IMG/VR virus record: IMGVR_UViG_3300037247_000703
Location: 1-64,000 of that record
Length of the DNA: 64,000 bases
Source: a virus
Reading direction: 5' to 3' (one strand)
Every line of letters starts with the position of its first letter. Position 1 is the stretch's first letter. This document shows positions 59,777-64,000 of this stretch, in pieces. Under the pieces are notes generated by a model, which saw only the letters and a program-made list of their open reading frames with translations, ran no database searches and was not told the DNA's origin. The position numbers and the translations under genes are program-made.

Positions 59777-61846
59777 CTAGAACGGAATGTCACCGTCGGG
59801 TAAGTCGCCGCTGCCTCCGAAGCTGTTGTTCGCTTCGAGTAGGTTGCCTTCGGTGCCGAGAAACTTTGCGACGTCGCCAAGGTCTTCGGACCGTGGCACG
59901 CGGGGCAAGCTGCGAGTGAACCGCTTACCGTAGCCCTTGGTAACGAGTCGGTTGTCGAAGCACACGATCACGCCGCGATCGTCTTCGTCGCGAATGAGAC
60001 GACCGAAGCCTTGCTTGAACATCACGATCGCCCGCGGCACCGAGTGCACCATGAACGACGAATTCATGAACGACTCGCCTCGGAGCTTCTCGTTCAATGC
60101 GTCGAGCACTGGGTCGCTCGGTGACGGGAACGGTAGCTTGTCGATGATGACGCACGACAGGGACTCACCCGGCACATCGACACCGGCCCAGAACGACGAC
60201 ACACCGAACAGCACGCTGTCGATTTCGCGACGGAAGTCTTCGACGAGTTGTGTGCGCGGCTTGTCGCCTTGCTTGAACAGCGCCACTTGTTGAATCTGTG
60301 AGGCCGCGACGTCGTAGCAGTAGTTCAGATTTCGGAATGACGTGAACAGGCACAGCGTGCGCCCGCGCGCTTGACGGATGACGTGAACGATTGCGTCGGC
60401 GAGAGTCTCTTGGAAGTCGCGGTCGCGCGGATCGGGAAACTTGCGCGGCACGATCAATAGCGCTTGCTTGTGGTTGAACGGCGACTCGACGATCAGCCGG
60501 CTCGGCTCCTGAACACCAATCTCGTCTTCGATGTAGTCGAAGGTCTCGTCGGTTGCCAAGGTGGCCGACGTCATGATCACAGACGGCACGCTGTGAAACA
60601 ACGCGACCTTGAGCAGACCTGCGACATTGATCGGCTTGCCTTTGAGCGCGACCTTGTTCGCATCGCGGAAATCTTGCTCGATGAACACGACGGTGTTGTC
60701 ATCTTCCAGCTCCATCGAGTTGGCGATGATGTCTTTCATCGACTTGGCGCGGTTGCGCTCGATCTCGATGTCGGCCTTAGCGTCTTCCGTCGGCGCCGAC
60801 GCCTGATGCTGCCGCAGATTCTCTTCGACTTCATCGAGTGCCGCGACGAGCGGCTCGTACTTCACGACGCCCGGCTTACGAAGGCGCACGTTGTAGTTGT
60901 CGCTCTTGGCGTATTCGCGCAGGTCGTCAAAGAATTCCTCGCCGCGCTTGTTCATCTCGGTTGCCAGACCCGGTAACTTCTGCTTTTCCAGAAACCTCGA
61001 CAACCGCTTGAACGCACCCGGCGCCATTCGGTAGCCGAGAAAATCACGCGCGATGTCGACCGCCTCGTGCGCTTCGTCGAGGATCGCGACATCGAACGGC
61101 GGAAGCACTGCGCCGGCATACTTGATGTTCGCGAACAGAACATGATAGTTGCACACGATGATGTTCGCGAGTTTGGCTTCCTCACGAGCGAGCAATGAGA
61201 AGCATTGCAAGGCATGCCGGCATTTCTTGCCCTTGCAATCGTCGGCACCGACCGACAACCGTGACCAGTTGATGCCCGATGGCACGAAGGGAAGCTCGGA
61301 CTTGTCGCCGGTTTTCGTCTCGTTGGCCCACGCGAGCAGCTTCTTCATTTCGCCGTCGAACGTGTGGGCGGTCGTCTTGTCGGCGAACATGTCTTTCTGT
61401 TTCGCGCGCTCGGTGTCGCCGAGTAGCTTGGCCTCTTGACTGAGGCACAGATAGTTCGATTTGCCCTTGAACAGAGCGAAAGAGAACCGCCACGGTATGA
61501 TCTCTCGCAGCCGTGGCAGGTCTTTTTCGCAGAGCTGTTCTTGAAGCGCGATGTTCGCGGTCGCGACGACGATCGTCTTGCCGTAGAAGACGGACTGATA
61601 GATCGCCGGCACGAGATACGCGAACGACTTGCCCGTTCCGGTCGGCCCTTCACAGATCAGGTGATCGCCGGTTGCGATCGCCGAGAGCACTGCACGCGAG
61701 AGCGAGATTTGGCCGGGTCGCGGTTTGTATCCGTCGAACTTCTGCGAGAGGTATCCGCTCTCGCCGAAGGTTGCCTCGATCGGATCATCTACGCGCGGCC
61801 CCGCCATGCTCGTGAGCGAGCGCACCTGTTCTGTTTCGGTTCCCAC
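59777..61846 (-). CDS. DinG/YoaA-family Fe-S helicase
   Basis: RPGQ, EGPTGTGKS, four Cys ligands, LDEAH, TSATL, FWAGVDVPG, QGFGRLIR. Confidence 0.93.
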   Translation of the reverse strand: MGTETEQVRSLTSMAGPRVDDPIEATFGESGYLSQKFDGYKPRPGQISLSRAVLSAIATGDHLICEGPTGTGKSFAYLVPAIYQSVFYGKTIVVATANIALQEQLCEKDLPRLREIIPWRFSFALFKGKSNYLCLSQEAKLLGDTERAKQKDMFADKTTAHTFDGEMKKLLAWANETKTGDKSELPFVPSGINWSRLSVGADDCKGKKCRHALQCFSLLAREEAKLANIIVCNYHVLFANIKYAGAVLPPFDVAILDEAHEAVDIARDFLGYRMAPGAFKRLSRFLEKQKLPGLATEMNKRGEEFFDDLREYAKSDNYNVRLRKPGVVKYEPLVAALDEVEENLRQHQASAPTEDAKADIEIERNRAKSMKDIIANSMELEDDNTVVFIEQDFRDANKVALKGKPINVAGLLKVALFHSVPSVIMTSATLATDETFDYIEDEIGVQEPSRLIVESPFNHKQALLIVPRKFPDPRDRDFQETLADAIVHVIRQARGRTLCLFTSFRNLNYCYDVAASQIQQVALFKQGDKPRTQLVEDFRREIDSVLFGVSSFWAGVDVPGESLSCVIIDKLPFPSPSDPVLDALNEKLRGESFMNSSFMVHSVPRAIVMFKQGFGRLIRDEDDRGVIVCFDNRLVTKGYGKRFTRSLPRVPRSEDLGDVAKFLGTEGNLLEANNSFGGSGDLPDGDIPF

Positions 61847-61889
61847 CGATTACCCCCTGACCGGGTTGCAGTTCGCCGCTAGCTAGCGA

Positions 61890-62654
61890 CTACTCGAACG
61901 GATCGATCTCCGCTTCCGGTTCGGGGGCGTTGCCGCTCTTGTCGGCGAGCCACTTCATCGCGGCGTCGAGCTTCGCGCCGGGCAGCTCCTTGACGCGCTT
62001 GATGTCGAACTTCGTCAGGAACGAATCCAGCTCGCTGCGGTCGAGCGCCTTGAGGCCAGCGATCAGCTCCTTGCTTTGTTTGTCGCTGATGACGCCGTTG
62101 CTCGAACTGCTCGTGCCCTTCTTCTCGTCGTCGCTGCTCGCGTTCGGGTTGGCCAGATCGTGAAGCTGAGCCTTCGCGATCTTGTCGACGAGACCCGGCA
62201 CGTCTTCGATCTTTTTGTCGGGGAGCACCGAGTAGGTCGTCTTCGGATCCTTGGCCTTGCCCTTGCGCTCCATCTCGAAGATCCACACGCCGAGTCCGTA
62301 CTTGGTTTTGCATTTGACGAGATCGTTGAACCAAGTCACGCCGTTCTCGAACATCGCGACTCGCTCGTCTTCCTTCATGCTGTCGCCGTTGCCCGTCGCG
62401 AGAACGTAGCAGTTGATCGACGCGCGGAAGCTCGGTTTTTTGTCGGCGTGATTGTCGGCGTAGGCTTTGCCTTCGTCGCTGTCAGCCTCGATGTACTGCT
62501 CTTGCTTCGTGTCCCAAAACACGAGCCGAGAGTGCGGCTCGCCAAGAAAGACGACGACGCACTTGTCGCCGTCGTCTTTCAGGCTGAGAAACTTGCCGCC
62601 GACACTTGCGTCGTCGGCCATTTGCTGACCGGTGTCCCATCCACTTTGACCCAT
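61890..62654 (-). CDS. Putative single-stranded DNA-binding protein (gp32-like)
   Basis: FLSLKDDGD...; ERKG..KDPKTTYSV; acidic C-terminus EIDPFE; position in the replication module. Confidence 0.6.
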   Translation of the reverse strand: MGQSGWDTGQQMADDASVGGKFLSLKDDGDKCVVVFLGEPHSRLVFWDTKQEQYIEADSDEGKAYADNHADKKPSFRASINCYVLATGNGDSMKEDERVAMFENGVTWFNDLVKCKTKYGLGVWIFEMERKGKAKDPKTTYSVLPDKKIEDVPGLVDKIAKAQLHDLANPNASSDDEKKGTSSSSNGVISDKQSKELIAGLKALDRSELDSFLTKFDIKRVKELPGAKLDAAMKWLADKSGNAPEPEAEIDPFE

Positions 62655-62790
62655 GATTCGATCTCCTGTTGGCAAAAAGGTTTCGGGTTGCGGAAACGCT
62701 TAATACCGAATCGGTCTGACAGGATGCAACTGTTTTGAGCCTGTGGATTTGTGCGCAAGCTGTGGGCAAGCTGCCTAGTTCCGCGCAGCC

Positions 62791-63000
62791 TCAAGGAGTT
62801 CCGTTTCGAATTTTTTTTATGTGCTCGTCGAGGGCAAGTCGCTTGACATAGCGACACAGGGATCGATGCGAAACGTCGAGATGCTCGGCCGCGCGCGTCG
62901 TGTTCCCGTCGGTCGCGAGAAAGGCTGTGAGGATGCGCTTGCGCGCTTCTGCCGGGTGTTTCTCGACGAGCTGCCCCCACGGTGTTCTACGGTATGACAT
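62791..63000 (-). CDS. Fis-type HTH protein
   Basis: ATDGNTTRAAEHLDVSHRSLCRYVKRL. Confidence 0.75.
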   Translation of the reverse strand: MSYRRTPWGQLVEKHPAEARKRILTAFLATDGNTTRAAEHLDVSHRSLCRYVKRLALDEHIKKIRNGTP

Positions 63001-63013
63001 GGCTTGCCGGCTC

Positions 63014-63922
63014 CTAGTCTTCGTCTTCGTTGTCGTCTTCGTCTTCGTCGTCGGTGAGGCTGTCGCCGACGGCATTGCGCAGGGTCGCCTTGTCGTCTTC
63101 TTCCTGCGAGATGATGGCGTCCATTATCTCGTGATCGAGAATGCCCTCGAACGCGTCGGTGATGACCTCTTCGAGCACTTCGGGATCGAGCGCGTCGACC
63201 TCCCACGATGACGTTCCGTATTTAGCGACATATTCAGGCGCTCGCACGTCAGTCATCTTCGCCGGGTTTGGGGGCGGGTCGTACTCGTGCACTTGTTCGA
63301 TTGTCAGGGCGATCTTCTCGACAGTGAGTCCACAGATGCCAAACTCGTGCATGCGTGTACGAATGTCGCGCACCATGTCTTCGCCGGACGGATCCAGGTC
63401 GCCGAGATAAAACAGTGCGAGCTGGCGATCGTACTCGTAGGGGCGGAACCGCTCGGCGCCTTCCTTCATCGCTGACGCCGACGAGTAACCGCGATTGACC
63501 ATCAGGGTGACGTGGAACTGTCGCGCGAGTGGAGCGAGCACCGACGCGAGCGCATCCTTCTCGACCCACAGTTCGGCGTAATACTCTTGGCCCCTCCATC
63601 GCGGCAGTCGGTAACTCCGAAGCGCGGTCTCGACGAGATCCGACAGGCTGCTGAATTCTGGCGGATTCCTCGGCTGTCGGACGCGGTCTTCGATCGCGTG
63701 CCAATCCATCAGTCCCGCGAGGCGAGCGCGCGTGACCAGTGACGACAGGTTTTGGTAACTGCGCTCGGTATTCGGCACGATGTTTTTGGAGACGAGTTGG
63801 TAGTAGAGCTGCCGCAGCGTGAGCTGGTACTTCGACAACCTGCGGATGATCGCGTTGCACGTCGCTACCAGCTCCCTTGAATGGGCTCGCGGGTTCCACT
63901 CTCGGAATTTTTCCCTCGCCAT
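63014..63922 (-). CDS. TopoVI-A/Spo11/JetD-like winged-helix + TOPRIM protein
   Basis: TLRQLYY; ELWVEKDAL; RGYSS; YLGDLDPSG; WEVDAL. Confidence 0.8.
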   Translation of the reverse strand: MAREKFREWNPRAHSRELVATCNAIIRRLSKYQLTLRQLYYQLVSKNIVPNTERSYQNLSSLVTRARLAGLMDWHAIEDRVRQPRNPPEFSSLSDLVETALRSYRLPRWRGQEYYAELWVEKDALASVLAPLARQFHVTLMVNRGYSSASAMKEGAERFRPYEYDRQLALFYLGDLDPSGEDMVRDIRTRMHEFGICGLTVEKIALTIEQVHEYDPPPNPAKMTDVRAPEYVAKYGTSSWEVDALDPEVLEEVITDAFEGILDHEIMDAIISQEEDDKATLRNAVGDSLTDDEDEDDNEDED

Positions 63923-64000
63923 CTCAGTCGCCTCCGTCTTGCAGGGTCCACCCTTCGGGCATGATCCACTCGGGGCCGTCGGCCACGAGCTTGATCTCGC

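Overview
The window is a contiguous part of a large, GC-rich tailed-phage (Caudoviricetes) or prophage genome; no host housekeeping genes were recognised. From 1 to 14.7 kb on the minus strand is a head-morphogenesis operon: large terminase, portal, MuF-like minor head protein, two acidic scaffold-like proteins, a 1039-aa Dam-methylase/His-repeat/XkdF-protease polyprotein, an HK97-fold major capsid protein and neck proteins. A compact tyrosine recombinase with its own promoter lies antisense, entirely inside the terminase reading frame. It is bracketed by an in-frame direct repeat and sits next to a 14-bp inverted repeat that encloses a strong promoter. From 15.3 to 20.6 kb is a plus-strand island of small genes behind sigma70-like promoters. 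From 20.6 to 64 kb on the minus strand are dozens of small hypothetical genes and an unusual tRNA-like gene. This arm also carries a RanBP2-zinc-finger repeat protein, a putative small terminase, RuvC, a RecB-like nuclease, an origin-like inverted-repeat/AT-rich region, radical SAM and Gp88-like proteins, a HerA-like ATPase, a primase-helicase, a second DNA methylase, a DinG helicase, an SSB-like protein and a TopoVI-A/JetD-like TOPRIM protein. The best candidates for new biology are the recombinase-in-terminase module (possible excision or inversion switch on packaging genes), the capsid-protease polyprotein carrying a DNA methylase with a split protease fold, and the Ser-like tRNA body with a CAG anticodon. 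All family calls come from motif recognition by eye; no searches were run.
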